A stretch of DNA of 64,000 nt from an uncultured Alphaproteobacteria bacterium (GCA_944393695.1 CALYAY010000002.1:112892-176891); one strand, 5' to 3'; shown: positions 1-15,843, counted from the first letter of the stretch. A program made the numbers and translations. Notes: generated by a model not told the origin, from the letters alone.

Positions 1-6047
<6,047 letters not shown>

Positions 6048-6089
6048 GTATTCAATCCTTCTTGGTTATAATTCTGCGGCAATTCTGTC

Positions 6090-6116
6090 AGAAAAAACTG
6101 CACCCCGCCCGCAGAA
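6090..6116 (-). terminator. Hairpin plus T-run immediately upstream of rpoB; rplL-rpoB-type attenuator or intrinsic terminator
   Basis: The minus strand reads ctgcgggcggggtgcag followed by tttttt (the plus strand shows aaaaaa ctgcaccccgcccgcag). It lies about 50 nt upstream of the rpoB start, matching the classic partial terminator between rplL and rpoB. Confidence 0.4.
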
Positions 6117-6406
6117 GGTTAAAAAATCTAGATTTAAAAAGCAAAAATCACACCAAACCCTCGAACTTTTGTTCTCTTGATGTCGATTCGCAGAATAATA
6201 CCTTTAAAAGTCGCTTTTTTATACTCCGGTCGGACTCGGATTGCAAGCAATTTTTCACAAAATGAGTCAAGAATTTTATTCTCTTTTTTAACAACCGGCC
6301 AGAGCAGGAGTCATTTTCCGATTCTCCCTCACCAAACCGCATTTATCCGGAATTGCAAAAAAAATTAACCATCCAAACAAGGCTTATTCCCCTTGCTCAT
6401 CATCCG

Positions 6407-6760
6407 TCACAAATTACCCCAAAAGCGCCAATACAGCATATTTCCGGCCAGATAAATCGTCGGCAACGCCAACACCAGCCAATAATTTTTATTTCTCCGC
6501 AATCGCATCCGTATACCAACTGCCAGCGGAACCAAAAACAAAACAACATTTATCATTGAACGCAACACATACATCTCCCGTGTACGATAAAACAAACCGC
6601 CCCAATCTCCGCCCCAATGCTCAAAATTGCAATACATACTGTAAGCATCTTCAATCCACAAACAGACCCAAAACAAATTCCACAAAACAAAAATCAACAA
6701 AATCTTGTTTCCCAGCACAAAACGCCAAAATGCATCATATTCCTCTGAGTTATCAGCCAT
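6407..6760 (-). CDS. Hypothetical small membrane protein (tandem paralog A, about 3 TM helices)
   Basis: 117-aa ORF MADNSEEYDAFWRFVLGNK...LALPTIYLAGNMLYWRFWGNL. It shares YDAFWRFVL, W.LFWV and the C-terminal LALP.(I/V)YLAGNMLYWRFWGNL with the adjacent ORF. Confidence 0.5.
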   Translation of the reverse strand: MADNSEEYDAFWRFVLGNKILLIFVLWNLFWVCLWIEDAYSMYCNFEHWGGDWGGLFYRTREMYVLRSMINVVLFLVPLAVGIRMRLRRNKNYWLVLALPTIYLAGNMLYWRFWGNL

Positions 6761-6781
6761 ACCGTTCTCCCCCGCCTAACG

Positions 6782-7126
6782 TCACAAATTGCCCCAAAAC
6801 CGCCAATACAGCATATTTCCGGCCAGATAAACCATCGGCAACGCCAACACCAATTTATAAAAACGTATCTTCCGCCACCACATAATTACTCCCGCGACCA
6901 ACGGCACCACCAGAAACAAACCACTTTGACAAACACAACCGGCATATGCGTCAAGGCTTACATAACATTCTCCGTTACCTTCCCAATATTCAAAGTTAGA
7001 ATAAGTTTCATAAACACTGTAACCAAGCAGCCACACCCAAAATAAATCCCATAGCAAAAAGAACAGCGCCGCCTTGTTATTCAGCACAAAACGCCAAAAT
7101 GCATCATACCCCTCTTCCTCGTTCAT
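6782..7126 (-). CDS. Hypothetical small membrane protein (tandem paralog B)
   Basis: Start placed at the internal ATG (MNEEEGYDAFWRFVLNNK...). The C-terminus LALPMVYLAGNMLYWRFWGNL is near-identical to paralog A. The track ORF extends to 7300 from an upstream alternative start. Confidence 0.5.
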   Translation of the reverse strand: MNEEEGYDAFWRFVLNNKAALFFLLWDLFWVWLLGYSVYETYSNFEYWEGNGECYVSLDAYAGCVCQSGLFLVVPLVAGVIMWWRKIRFYKLVLALPMVYLAGNMLYWRFWGNL

Positions 7127-7308
7127 CTCTCCCCTCACAGTCTTAAATAAAATATAATTTCCGGCCCCGACCAAACGCTCATCTCCCGATGATAGCCTCA
7201 TTTCTAACATAAATATTCCGCAATGTCCCCTACTTTTTTGTCCCGACATCTTTTTTTCAAAAAAACCGGCAATCACACATTGCCGGTTTTTACAAAACAT
7301 CTCTCAAC

Positions 7309-7860
7309 TCAAACATTCAGCTCTTTCTTACAATAATTCAGCGCCTCCGCAATCGTCTCCCCATCCGGAAACTGATGCAAAACCCGCTCGCTCCGGTCAC
7401 TCAGAGACAGCTCTTTCAAACACCGCGGCTTAAGCTGCCCGCGCTTCTCACTGTATTGAAACTCCAGAACAAACCAGACTTTTTCTCCCTTCATTTTCAA
7501 AGGCAGCAAAAGCTTGTCCGTTTTCTCAAAATGAAAAGCATCTTTCCGACAGGAAACAATCTCACATTCCCCGACAAGGTTCCCGTAATAAAAATCTCCC
7601 CGCCGTACCGCATAGAAACACCCCAGAAACTCACCGTCTCCCAAACTGCTGACATTATAAAGTCGCACCTCGGTCGACACCAGATGAACCGGGCTCCTCG
7701 TCTCCATGGCAATGGCTATTCCTAAACCCTCTATCAAATCTGCCGGATGAATCACCGGCTGTTCCATCCTGAGAAGAACCTGACACATTCCCTCTTCATT
7801 CAGAACTTTTTCTTTTTTTCGCCGTCTTAAAGCCAAAACAATTTTTCTTAACCAATTCAT
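7309..7860 (-). CDS. Hypothetical protein (183 aa), no recognisable family
   Basis: Clean ORF co-directional with rplL and rpoB, with N-terminus MNWLRKIVLALRRRKKEK. It lies in the inserted segment between rplL and the rpoB attenuator. Confidence 0.45.
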   Translation of the reverse strand: MNWLRKIVLALRRRKKEKVLNEEGMCQVLLRMEQPVIHPADLIEGLGIAIAMETRSPVHLVSTEVRLYNVSSLGDGEFLGCFYAVRRGDFYYGNLVGECEIVSCRKDAFHFEKTDKLLLPLKMKGEKVWFVLEFQYSEKRGQLKPRCLKELSLSDRSERVLHQFPDGETIAEALNYCKKELNV

Positions 7861-8124
7861 AAAAATAAATTTTAATAAAACAAAATAATTCTCTTTCTAG
7901 ACAAAAATTATAACGTCATTCCGAAAAAGTCAAGCTTCTTCCTTCCAGACACAAAAAAAATCCGGACTACCCCAACAATCCGGATAATTTCTCAAAACAA
8001 TAACAAAAACAAATAATGTTACCGTTCAAACCATAAAAAACGGCCAAAGCCTCTCCCCACAGGGATACCGTACTTTGACCGTTCTTAATTTTATTGAGCA
8101 ACAAGCTCAAGAATTGAAGTCAGA

Positions 8125-8496
8125 TTACTTCAATTCAACCTTAGCGCCGGCAGCTTCCAATTTCTTCTTGATTTCTTCAGCTTCAGCCTTGGCAACGCCT
8201 TCTTTAACAGTCTTCGGAGCACCGTCGACCAAATCCTTGGCTTCTTTCAGACCCAGCTGGGTAATAGCGCGGATTTCTTTAATAACGTTAATCTTGTTGG
8301 CTCCGGCTTCTGCCAAAACAACGGTAAATTCGTCTTTTTCTTCGGCAGCGGCACCACCGGCAGCACCACCGGCGGCAACAGCAACGGCAGCAGCGGCAGA
8401 AACGCCCCACTTTTCTTCCAACATTTTTGCAAGGTCAGCGGCTTCCATAACGGTCAAAGCTGACAATTCATCTACTAACTTGGCTAAATCGGCCAT
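8125..8496 (-). CDS. rplL: 50S ribosomal protein L7/L12
   Basis: [32 protein letters not shown], then an Ala/Gly hinge ([20 protein letters not shown]), then the C-terminal domain ...[52 protein letters not shown]. Confidence 0.95.
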   Translation of the reverse strand: MADLAKLVDELSALTVMEAADLAKMLEEKWGVSAAAAVAVAAGGAAGGAAAEEKDEFTVVLAEAGANKINVIKEIRAITQLGLKEAKDLVDGAPKTVKEGVAKAEAEEIKKKLEAAGAKVELK

Positions 8497-8629
8497 TTTT
8501 TTTCTCCAATAAAAAATTAAATCTAAATTAAATTACCAAAAATTCTCTTTTGCTCAAAATTCTGCCTGAATTTCATTTCCGCCGCTTTCTCAAAATGCCT
8601 GACCGGCATCCCCAAGCGGCAAAACAAAA

Positions 8630-9112
8630 TTAAGCGGCTTCCTTCTCGCTGTATGCCTTTGCCAGACGAGCCAGCTGAGCACCGGGAGCCTGCAAAAGAC
8701 CGATAAGTTTGGCACGCAGCTCGTCCATAGACGGAATGCTGGCCAGCTTCTTGATTTCGTCAACGCTGAGCATACCTGTGCTCATGGCACCGCCGACAAC
8801 AATCAGCTTTTCATTGTCTTTTGCAAAATTTACACAAACTTTGCAGGCCGAAATCGGATCATTGGCAAATGCAATGGCCGTCGGGCCGGTAAACAAATCG
8901 GCCAGGCCTTCAAATTTTGTACCTTTAAGAGCAAGACGAGTAATGCGATTTTTAGTAACTCTGAATCCTGCACCGGCTTCTCTGATTTTGTTTCTCAATT
9001 CAGAAACTTCCTGAACGGTAAGTCCTTTGTAGTGCGATACGACCACAACTTCTGAATTAGAAAACAATTCATTCAGCTCGCTGAGCAGTTCTGATTTTTC
9101 TTCGCGATTCAC
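8630..9112 (-). CDS. rplJ: 50S ribosomal protein L10
   Basis: 160-aa ORF (MNREEKSELLSELNELFSNSEVVVVSHYKGLTVQEVSELRNKIREAG...) immediately upstream of rplL, the L10 position and family pattern. Confidence 0.93.
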   Translation of the reverse strand: MNREEKSELLSELNELFSNSEVVVVSHYKGLTVQEVSELRNKIREAGAGFRVTKNRITRLALKGTKFEGLADLFTGPTAIAFANDPISACKVCVNFAKDNEKLIVVGGAMSTGMLSVDEIKKLASIPSMDELRAKLIGLLQAPGAQLARLAKAYSEKEAA

Positions 9113-9521
9113 TTGTTGTCTCCATTAAAACATCACACGGCTTCCGCCCCATGACGCATTTTACACATCCGGAGCAGCTTCATCACTTTCGCAACAAAAG
9201 CCCCGGCACCAATTTCTGTCCAGGAGAAAAAATATTCTATGATTTACTCCCGTCTGCGCAGGATATTAAGACGAAAACCTCAAAAGCACCGGCCTTTTCG
9301 CCCATTTCGGACCTCAGCCCGACCAACGGTTCACCCGGCTCATTTAAAATCTTCAACCACCTGCGGTCTTGGACAGTTTTCAAAAACCTTCCCTGTTCTT
9401 TCCGGCTTTTACCTTCCGGAACCTTCCGGTTTCTGAAGAGCGGGCAAGATGATGACCATCCCGCCCAAAACTTTCAAAGACAGGCAGGAGCATTTAACAG
9501 CCCCGCCCGTCCGCAACACAA
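9113..9521 (-). promoter_or_regulatory. rplJ 5' leader region (expected L10(L12)4 autoregulatory leader)
   Basis: A ~400-nt non-coding gap between rplA and rplJ, where bacteria carry the L10 leader. I did not fold it. The plus-strand ORF 9151..9591 that covers it is judged spurious. Confidence 0.35.
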
Positions 9522-10205
9522 TTACAACGCCGTCGCGTCAACACGCACACCGACACCCATGGTGCTGCTCAAAGAAATCTTCTTCAAATAAGTTCCCTTG
9601 GCACCGGCCGGCTTGGCCTTGATGATAGCATCAACAAAAGCCTTGGCATTGTCATAAATTTTATCTTCCGAAAAGCTTGCCTTGGCAACACCGGCATGAA
9701 CAATACCGTTCTTTTCGACACGATACTGAACTTCACCGGCCTTGGCCTTCTTAACGGCATTGGCAACATCGGTGGTAACCGTTCCCAGCTTCGGATTCGG
9801 CATCAAACCTTTCGGCCCCAGAATACGGGCAACCTTTCCGGCCAGACCCATCATATCCGGAGTAGCAATGCATCTGTCAAATTCGATTTTGCCGCTGAGG
9901 ATGGAGTCAACCAGATTTTCAGCGCCCACCAAATCAGCTCCGGCTGCTTTGGCTTCATCGGCTTTTTCGCCCTGAGCCAAAACCGCCACACGGATTGTTT
10001 TGCCGTTGCCGTGAGGCAAAGCACACACGCCGCGAACCATCTGGTCGGCATATTTCGGGTCAACACCCAGATTAACTGCCACATCAATGGTTTCATCAAA
10101 TTTTGCGGTTGCATTTTCTTTAACGATTTTCACCGCTTCCTTCAAAGAATAAGACTTTGTTTTGTCAACGGTTTTATAAGCGTTTACGATTCTTTTTCCC
10201 TGCAT
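9522..10205 (-). CDS. rplA: 50S ribosomal protein L1
   Basis: From ATG at 10205: [59 protein letters not shown]..., the L1 family. The track start at 10220 is a TTG that would overlap the rplK stop. Confidence 0.93.
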   Translation of the reverse strand: MQGKRIVNAYKTVDKTKSYSLKEAVKIVKENATAKFDETIDVAVNLGVDPKYADQMVRGVCALPHGNGKTIRVAVLAQGEKADEAKAAGADLVGAENLVDSILSGKIEFDRCIATPDMMGLAGKVARILGPKGLMPNPKLGTVTTDVANAVKKAKAGEVQYRVEKNGIVHAGVAKASFSEDKIYDNAKAFVDAIIKAKPAGAKGTYLKKISLSSTMGVGVRVDATAL

Positions 10206-10209
10206 TGCC

Positions 10210-10647
10210 TTACTCCACAACCTTAATGCCCATAGAAACAGCCTGACCTTTAACCATATTCATGGCCGCCTCGACTGTTGAGCAGTTCAAATCCGGCAAT
10301 TTGGCAGTGGCAATTTCTTTCACCTGAGCCAGAGTAATCTGACCGGCAAAAGACTTGCCCGGCTCTTTTGAAGCCGACTTAACGTTAGCCGCTTTTTTAA
10401 TGTAATAAGAAACCGGCGGCAGCTTTGTGACAAACACAAAAGACTTGTCTTCGTAAGCGGTAATAATCACCGGCACGGGGATACCCGGTTCCATCTTCTG
10501 GGTGGCAGCGTTAAACTGTTTGCAGAAATCCATAATGTTCAAGCCCTTTTGGCCCAGAGCCGGACCGACCGGAGGAGAAGGATTAGCCTTTCCCGCGGGG
10601 ATTTGAAGCTTGATTAATCCTAAAATCTTCTTTTTGGACTTAGCCAT
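10210..10647 (-). CDS. rplK: 50S ribosomal protein L11
   Basis: From ATG at 10647: [49 protein letters not shown], the canonical L11 N-terminus. An AGAGG RBS lies upstream. Confidence 0.93.
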   Translation of the reverse strand: MAKSKKKILGLIKLQIPAGKANPSPPVGPALGQKGLNIMDFCKQFNAATQKMEPGIPVPVIITAYEDKSFVFVTKLPPVSYYIKKAANVKSASKEPGKSFAGQITLAQVKEIATAKLPDLNCSTVEAAMNMVKGQAVSMGIKVVE

Positions 10648-10803
10648 TTTCAAAACCTCTTAATTCAGGTTCGTGGTTTTCACGGGCGATGGCTCGCCTC
10701 CCACGAAATTATTAAAAACTGCGATTCTCCGAAACAAGGGCACAAGCCCCTTTTCAGAGTCGCTTTTGTATAACAGCATTTTTTTTCAAAATCAAGACCT
10801 TTC

Positions 10804-11310
10804 TTAATCTTTTTTCATTTTGTCCTTATTTTTCGGCAAATCGGAAGTACAATGCGGACACTTAACCGCCTCCGCCGCAATTTCCAAACAACAATACGGA
10901 CAAATCTTGGTCTTGGGCGCCGCCTTGGCCGCGTCTGCCGCCTCTTTCTTGTCTATTTTGGCTTGCAGGTTGTTAATCGCCTTAATCAGAATAAACACGG
11001 CAAACGCCACGATAACAAAGCTGATAAGCGCATTGACAAACAAACCGTAATTCAGCGTAACCGCACCGGCCGTCTGCGCCGCCGCCAAAGAATCATACGG
11101 CCCGGCCTTACCGCCTTCTTTCAATATCAGATACAAATTTGAAAAATCAACCTTCCCCAAAATCAGCCCGATAGGCGGCATGATAATATCCTTAACCAGT
11201 GAATCCACAATCTTGCCGAATGCTGCTCCGATGATAATACCGACCGCCATATCGATAACATTGCCCCGCATGGCAAATTTTTTAAATTCATTGATAAAAC
11301 TCTTCAACAT
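10804..11310 (-). CDS. mscL: Large-conductance mechanosensitive channel with a C-terminal zinc-ribbon extension
   Basis: From the internal ATG: [49 protein letters not shown]...., the MscL N-terminus, TM1 and TM2. The C-terminus ends ...[34 protein letters not shown] (Cx2C-X11-Cx2C) instead of the usual helical bundle. Confidence 0.8.
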   Translation of the reverse strand: MLKSFINEFKKFAMRGNVIDMAVGIIIGAAFGKIVDSLVKDIIMPPIGLILGKVDFSNLYLILKEGGKAGPYDSLAAAQTAGAVTLNYGLFVNALISFVIVAFAVFILIKAINNLQAKIDKKEAADAAKAAPKTKICPYCCLEIAAEAVKCPHCTSDLPKNKDKMKKD

Positions 11311-11410
11311 ACTGCTTACCTTTCCCTGAAAAAACAAAATTACGCTGCCCTGAAAGCATATAAACATTTATCAAAAAAAGGAACTGTTTTTTTAAACAGT
11401 CCCCCTTAAC

Positions 11411-12046
11411 TTAAACCTCCGGCAACTTCCAAACCGGCCGCGCCAGATAGCGCATATGCTTGGTACAACTGCCGGTAAAAAAGCTCTTTCCCGACCGGAA
11501 ACTAAACATAAACACCAGACACGCCCCGTTCAGCTCTTCTTCTGCCCAATACCACATACCGTCAACCAACGGCTGTCCGCCGAGTTTCTCCAGCAGCGAA
11601 TTAAGCTGTATCAGCCCTTCTTTTCCGTATTGCCGGGCAAGAATTTCCCAAAAATGAAACAAACTTCCCTGCGAACAAGCCTTTTGGTCAATCTCAATCT
11701 GTGCACACGCCTGAATGGCACTGTCCCGGTTCATGGCATCTGGCAAATCTCTCAGCGTCAGCAGATATCCGCACACCACAACCCCCAACGGCCGCACTTC
11801 GGATAAAATCTCCGTTGAACGCCGCAGGTCTTCGTACAATACCTCAAAATCGAATTGCCTGGAACACTCCTCTTCCGTCCGCACTTCCCGGGGAACAAAT
11901 GTACCGCCGAAAGCCTGGGCCAAACTGTCGATATCAATGTTTAATCCGGACATAACATTCATAACTGTCCGTAAAGCCTCAATTTTTTCCATAATTATCA
12001 AATTAATAATGAATATTCCGAATAACCAAAGCACATTCTCAGCCAA
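11411..12046 (-). CDS. Hypothetical protein (211 aa)
   Basis: ORF between nusG and mscL, co-directional with both. No family recognised. An alternative internal start gives MEKIEALRTVMNV... Confidence 0.45.
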   Translation of the reverse strand: MAENVLWLFGIFIINLIIMEKIEALRTVMNVMSGLNIDIDSLAQAFGGTFVPREVRTEEECSRQFDFEVLYEDLRRSTEILSEVRPLGVVVCGYLLTLRDLPDAMNRDSAIQACAQIEIDQKACSQGSLFHFWEILARQYGKEGLIQLNSLLEKLGGQPLVDGMWYWAEEELNGACLVFMFSFRSGKSFFTGSCTKHMRYLARPVWKLPEV

Positions 12047-12102
12047 AAAGCAACAAAAAAAGCTCCGGAAAACCGGAGCCTTGACCTAAAAACGCCATTA
12101 AC

Positions 12103-12636
12103 TTACTTGATTTTCTCAACCTGGCTGAATTCCAGCTCAACCGGCGTCGAACGACCGAAAATCGAAACCGAAACTTTCAGCCGCATTTTCTCGGTATCCA
12201 CTTCTTCCACATAGCCGACAAACGAAGCAAACGGCCCGTCCGAAACGCGGATCTGCTCGCCCACTTCAAAATCAACCGCCGTCCGCGGACGCTCAACACC
12301 TTCCGTCATCTGTTTGATAATCCGCTCGGCTTCGGCATTGCTGATCGGCTGCGGCTTGTTGCGGCTTCCCAGAAAACCGCTCACCCGCGGCGTATTCCGG
12401 ATAACATGCCAGCATTCATCCGACATAATCATCTTCACCAGCACATATCCCGGAAAAAATTTTCTCTCACTGTTGACACGGGCACCTTTTTTCATTTCCA
12501 CCACCTCTTCGGTCGGCACCATAACCTCAAGGATTTTATCTTCCATTTTTTTCAGAACGGCCTGTTCCCTGATAGATTCGGCCACTTTCTTTTCCGAACC
12601 GGAATAAACGTTCACAACATACCAACGGGCTTCCAT
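12103..12636 (-). CDS. nusG: Transcription termination/antitermination factor NusG
   Basis: [25 protein letters not shown]... with the C-terminal KOW segment ...[25 protein letters not shown]. It lies downstream of secE. Confidence 0.92.
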   Translation of the reverse strand: MEARWYVVNVYSGSEKKVAESIREQAVLKKMEDKILEVMVPTEEVVEMKKGARVNSERKFFPGYVLVKMIMSDECWHVIRNTPRVSGFLGSRNKPQPISNAEAERIIKQMTEGVERPRTAVDFEVGEQIRVSDGPFASFVGYVEEVDTEKMRLKVSVSIFGRSTPVELEFSQVEKIK

Positions 12637-12641
12637 AAGAC

Positions 12642-12839
12642 CTAAACTCCAACATCTAAAATTAATTTAACAATCCAGCCGATAATCTGATCAACAAAAA
12701 AGAAAAACGTCGCGGCAATCGCCACCAGAATAATCACCATGATTGAAGTCTGCACAACTTCCTTTCTTGTCGGCCAGGTAACTTTTTTAACTTCCTGTTT
12801 AACCTGCCTGAAAAACTGTATCGGACTAACTTTTGCCAT
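12642..12839 (-). CDS. secE: Preprotein translocase subunit SecE
   Basis: 65 aa: [58 protein letters not shown] single TM helix, positioned directly before nusG. Confidence 0.85.
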   Translation of the reverse strand: MAKVSPIQFFRQVKQEVKKVTWPTRKEVVQTSIMVIILVAIAATFFFFVDQIIGWIVKLILDVGV

Positions 12840-13102
12840 GAATCTACCCTAAAACAAACCAAAAACACACCGATGCATCCTTTCGGCACAACCGCACCCC
12901 ATAAGTCCGATGCATCTCGGCTCAATGCCGCTAACATATGAAATTATTTCTCATCTGTCAATAAAATATTCGCTGTTTATTCAAATAATCCCGGACCTTT
13001 CCGCCCCTCCGCAAAAATTCTGCAAAAAAATATTTACAATCGCCAAAAGCAAGATATAATGCAGGCGATATTAAATTATTATTCACCTTAAATATTATTT
13101 TT

Positions 13103-13507
13103 ATGAAACAACAAATTGAAGAACTTCTGCCGGAGATTAAAAATATTTGTCCCGCAGAATGTGATGTAACGATTGTTCCCGCAAAGTATCTGAAATCCCG
13201 CCGTCTCATCATCATCAGGTTTCCCGAAAAGGACATTAACCTTGACAGTTGGGCCGCCGCACAGGTTTACCCTCTTCGGAAAAAGGTAAATGCCGTGCTT
13301 GAAGAACCAAAAAAATTCAGGGAAATCTATTGCAGCGGCAACAAATTTGTTTTTTATTCTCCGTTCATACTGCACGTCCTGAAAAAATTCCAAGGTCACT
13401 TAGACTACAAAACGCGCAGCAGCCACGGATGGCACCAATACATCGGAGAATGCCAGAACATTGACGAGCTGATAACCTTCCTCTCGGAAGAAACTCTCAT
13501 GTACTAA
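13103..13507 (+). CDS. Hypothetical protein (134 aa)
   Basis: Clean ORF MKQQIEELLPEIKNICPAECDVTIVPAKYLK... followed by a hairpin terminator. The minus-strand ORFs overlapping it (12958..13236, 13088..13399) are judged spurious. Confidence 0.45.
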   Translation: MKQQIEELLPEIKNICPAECDVTIVPAKYLKSRRLIIIRFPEKDINLDSWAAAQVYPLRKKVNAVLEEPKKFREIYCSGNKFVFYSPFILHVLKKFQGHLDYKTRSSHGWHQYIGECQNIDELITFLSEETLMY

Positions 13508-13512
13508 GTCTC

Positions 13513-13568
13513 ATTCCTCTCCCGCCTCAAGCTCTGCAAGCCTGACTGCCGGAGAGGAATATTTTTTA
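13513..13568 (+). terminator. Putative intrinsic terminator after the 13103..13507 gene
   Basis: attcctctcc ... ggagaggaat (10-bp stem with a long loop) followed by tttttt. Confidence 0.3.
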
Positions 13569-13863
13569 TTCCTCAAAAAAACCTTGTCTCCAAGATACAA
13601 ATTAATATAATACACTTTTCTCAAAAAGAACTCGGTGTCTGCCCGGAAATAACCATTCACTCCGTTTCCGCACCTTCATCCAATTCTTTCCCTTGAAACA
13701 CCTTGTTTCAAGAGTTTTCTTTTTAACCGGCATATTGACTATGATACCCCCTGAAAAACAAAAGCCCCCTGCCCTGCAGCTCTGTCATAATTCAAATAAA
13801 CTTCAAATCTGACCTATGACTTTATCTTGACTGGCAGAAACACATAGTGCAATCCACAAATCA

Positions 13864-14199
13864 TTAAACATTTCCCAACACAAAAATTAAAACAAACTGC
13901 CATACAAAAAACAAAATAATATATAATGTAGCAATCAACAAAATTTTCAACCATATTTTTAGATTGTGCATCTTTTTGATAAAATACATAAACAAATAGG
14001 TAAAAATAAAACTTATAATGGCGGCATCCATACATAGCTTATAATACACATCACCTGTTGTATTTAACAACGCTACAATTTCAGCATCCCCGATATAATT
14101 CAAATATGCAAAAAATCCTCTTACAAAGCTTAAAGGTATGACTGTAAGCAACAGTATAAAAATGACAATATGTTTTGCTTGTGTTAAAATTTTTTGCAT
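13864..14199 (-). CDS. Hypothetical membrane protein (111 aa, 3-4 TM helices)
   Basis: Hydrophobic ORF MQKILTQAKHIVIFILLLTVIPLSF... in the AT-rich island. Confidence 0.4.
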   Translation of the reverse strand: MQKILTQAKHIVIFILLLTVIPLSFVRGFFAYLNYIGDAEIVALLNTTGDVYYKLCMDAAIISFIFTYLFMYFIKKMHNLKIWLKILLIATLYIILFFVWQFVLIFVLGNV

Positions 14200-14223
14200 G
14201 TTATATATATTCTTTTCAAAATT

Positions 14224-14604
14224 CTATCGTTTATTTTGTAATTTTAAATATTCATCACACATATTTTGTAGCATATAATTTTGTGAAAATCCATCAGAAT
14301 TAACAGCCTCATAATAATCCTGCTCACTCCATGACGAAACATTTTTTCGTGATGGAGAGTTAGGACGATTATATTCATTCATAACAATATCTTCATTCTC
14401 ATTCAAAGAATTCAAACTTTCAATACCCAAAAAAAAGCCGTACTGCCAATAAAGCAATACGGCGAACAAAATTTAAGAAAATTTTCAATACAGAATAAAA
14501 CCGCAAAAAGAACACTCAATATATCCTGGACGGATCAGATGAGCAATTCTACCACAACGCGGACAAACAATAAGAAAATAGCCCTGTTTTTTCTTAGACA
14601 ACAT
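14224..14604 (-). pseudogene. Zinc-ribbon ORF (39 aa, CPRCG...CSFCG) in frame with the downstream 81-aa ORF but separated by a TGA; candidate disrupted gene, or two small genes
   Basis: ATG at 14604 gives MLSKKKQGYFLIVCPRCGRIAHLIRPGYIECSFCGFILY, then TGA at 14485-14487. The same frame continues KIFLN-LFAVLLYWQYGFFLGIESLN... (track ORF 14224..14469 starting at TTG). Confidence 0.3.
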
Positions 14605-14769
14605 AATTTCAAATAATTTAAGTGATACAATAATTTTATTTAATATTCATATAATTAACATACTTTTAATAAAAAACGAGAAATATTTTTGTCAAAAACT
14701 TAGTTGTTCACGCAAGTAGAAAGCTTGAAGCTTTCGTAGCGGCACAAACAACCTCTTTTATGGCGCCTC

Positions 14770-14844
14770 ACACGGACTCGGTTAACTTATTGATTTATAA
14801 AGAAAAAAGACGCTTTTCAGCGTCTTCATCTTGATTGGCAGGGG
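14770..14844 (-). repeat. Direct repeat copy B: duplicate of the tRNA-Trp 3' end (9 nt), its terminator hairpin and about 40 nt of flank (att-like)
   Basis: ...cacacggactcggttaacttattgatttat..aaaaaagacgcttttcagcgtcttcatcttgattggcagggg matches 17600..17676, with an A/T indel and a g/t change. Confidence 0.6.
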
Positions 14845-14864
14845 ATATAGGATAATATACGGAC
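14836..14864. repeat. 29-nt cassette-junction repeat, copy 1 (tggcaggggatataggataatatacggac)
   Basis: It recurs at 16683..16711 with 2 mismatches. It begins with the tRNA-Trp 3' fragment tggcagggg. Confidence 0.5.
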
Positions 14865-14925
14865 TTTTATTATTCCATTTATCTGAAGAATATGCTATTA
14901 TGCGTAAAAATTTGAAGGAATCAAT

Positions 14926-15459
14926 ATGACAAAATTTTATCACTATATTACCAAAGGAAATACAGCTCTAACTGAGGGGATATTGTCGTTTGCAAAAAAT
15001 CCTAATGCTGATTTAGGGTATTACTACAAGCGTACCGGCGGCGAAACAACGCATGCCGGAATTGTCAACTGGATGGAAAATTGTTTTGAAGGGCGCAGCC
15101 GTGCAATCAGAGGTTTTTCCGAACCCATTCAATGGACTGAAAAAAGCATCAATATGTTCAAACCTTTTATTGAGAACGCGGACTTGTTCTCTATTGATTT
15201 AGATGCTCTACAAAAAGACGGATTAATTGAAGCCGTTTATGTTTCACCTGCTCTCCGTCCCAATTTAGATAATGAATTACCGCAAGATTGCGATGAAAAA
15301 TTAGTCAAACTAAATTCTATTGCCAACATAGACACTTCACCGGTTGATTGGTCCGTATGTGATGAAAAATTAGGCTTAAGGTTTTCGGTCGTGCCTTACT
15401 ACTTAATCGTCATCAAGGGCGGCATCATCCCTCCCCGCTACATTCATAAAGAAAATTAA
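14926..15459 (+). CDS. Hypothetical protein (177 aa)
   Basis: ORF MTKFYHYITKGNTALTEGILSF... in the island, preceded by an AAGGAA RBS. No family recognised. Confidence 0.45.
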   Translation: MTKFYHYITKGNTALTEGILSFAKNPNADLGYYYKRTGGETTHAGIVNWMENCFEGRSRAIRGFSEPIQWTEKSINMFKPFIENADLFSIDLDALQKDGLIEAVYVSPALRPNLDNELPQDCDEKLVKLNSIANIDTSPVDWSVCDEKLGLRFSVVPYYLIVIKGGIIPPRYIHKEN

Positions 15460-15519
15460 TACAAAAATTTTATTTACATTTTTCAACATCTCCCTATAAT
15501 CGCAAAAAATTTAATTACA

Positions 15520-15825
15520 TTGTCTAACAATTATTTTGTACTAAGCTTTATGAAAACAAATTTATCTATCTGTAGCATAACAGTTGATTTTATTGATTGT
15601 GAGAGGAATAGCGTTATAAAAGCTATTGAAGATATGGTAGAAATATCTAAGCTGACCAATCCCAGCTGCAGCAAAGTTTGTGCCACATTAAAAGGCGTTT
15701 ACGTATCGGTAAACAGCCAAAGCGACATTGCGGAAACCTACAAAAAATGGGACAAAGACTGGCACGAAATGATGATAAAAAAAGAAAAGTGTTCTAAGGA
15801 AAAAACTCCTATTAGAGGCTGTTGA
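15520..15825 (+). CDS. Hypothetical protein (101 aa)
   Basis: ORF followed by a strong intrinsic terminator. Confidence 0.4.
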   Translation: MSNNYFVLSFMKTNLSICSITVDFIDCERNSVIKAIEDMVEISKLTNPSCSKVCATLKGVYVSVNSQSDIAETYKKWDKDWHEMMIKKEKCSKEKTPIRGC

Positions 15826-15843
15826 ACACTTTTACCTCAACCG

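Noticed and set aside
8340-8400. Apparent short tandem repeat gcagcaccaccggcggcaacagcaacggcagcagcggc
   Set aside because: It encodes the Ala/Gly-rich flexible hinge of L7/L12 ([18 protein letters not shown]). It is not a repeat element or CRISPR.
8075-8512. Plus-strand 145-aa ORF and a minus-strand 61-aa ORF overlapping rplL
   Set aside because: Antisense or alternate frame of the rplL Ala-rich hinge. The rplL frame gives a textbook L7/L12 sequence.
9151-9591. Plus-strand 146-aa ORF between rplA and rplJ
   Set aside because: It falls in the expected untranslated L10 leader, on the wrong strand for the operon, and has a Pro/Ser-rich junk-like composition.
12958-13399. Two overlapping minus-strand ORFs (92 and 103 aa) opposite the 13103..13507 gene
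   Set aside because: They are mutually overlapping and antisense to a cleaner ORF that has its own terminator. They are AT-rich low-complexity translations.
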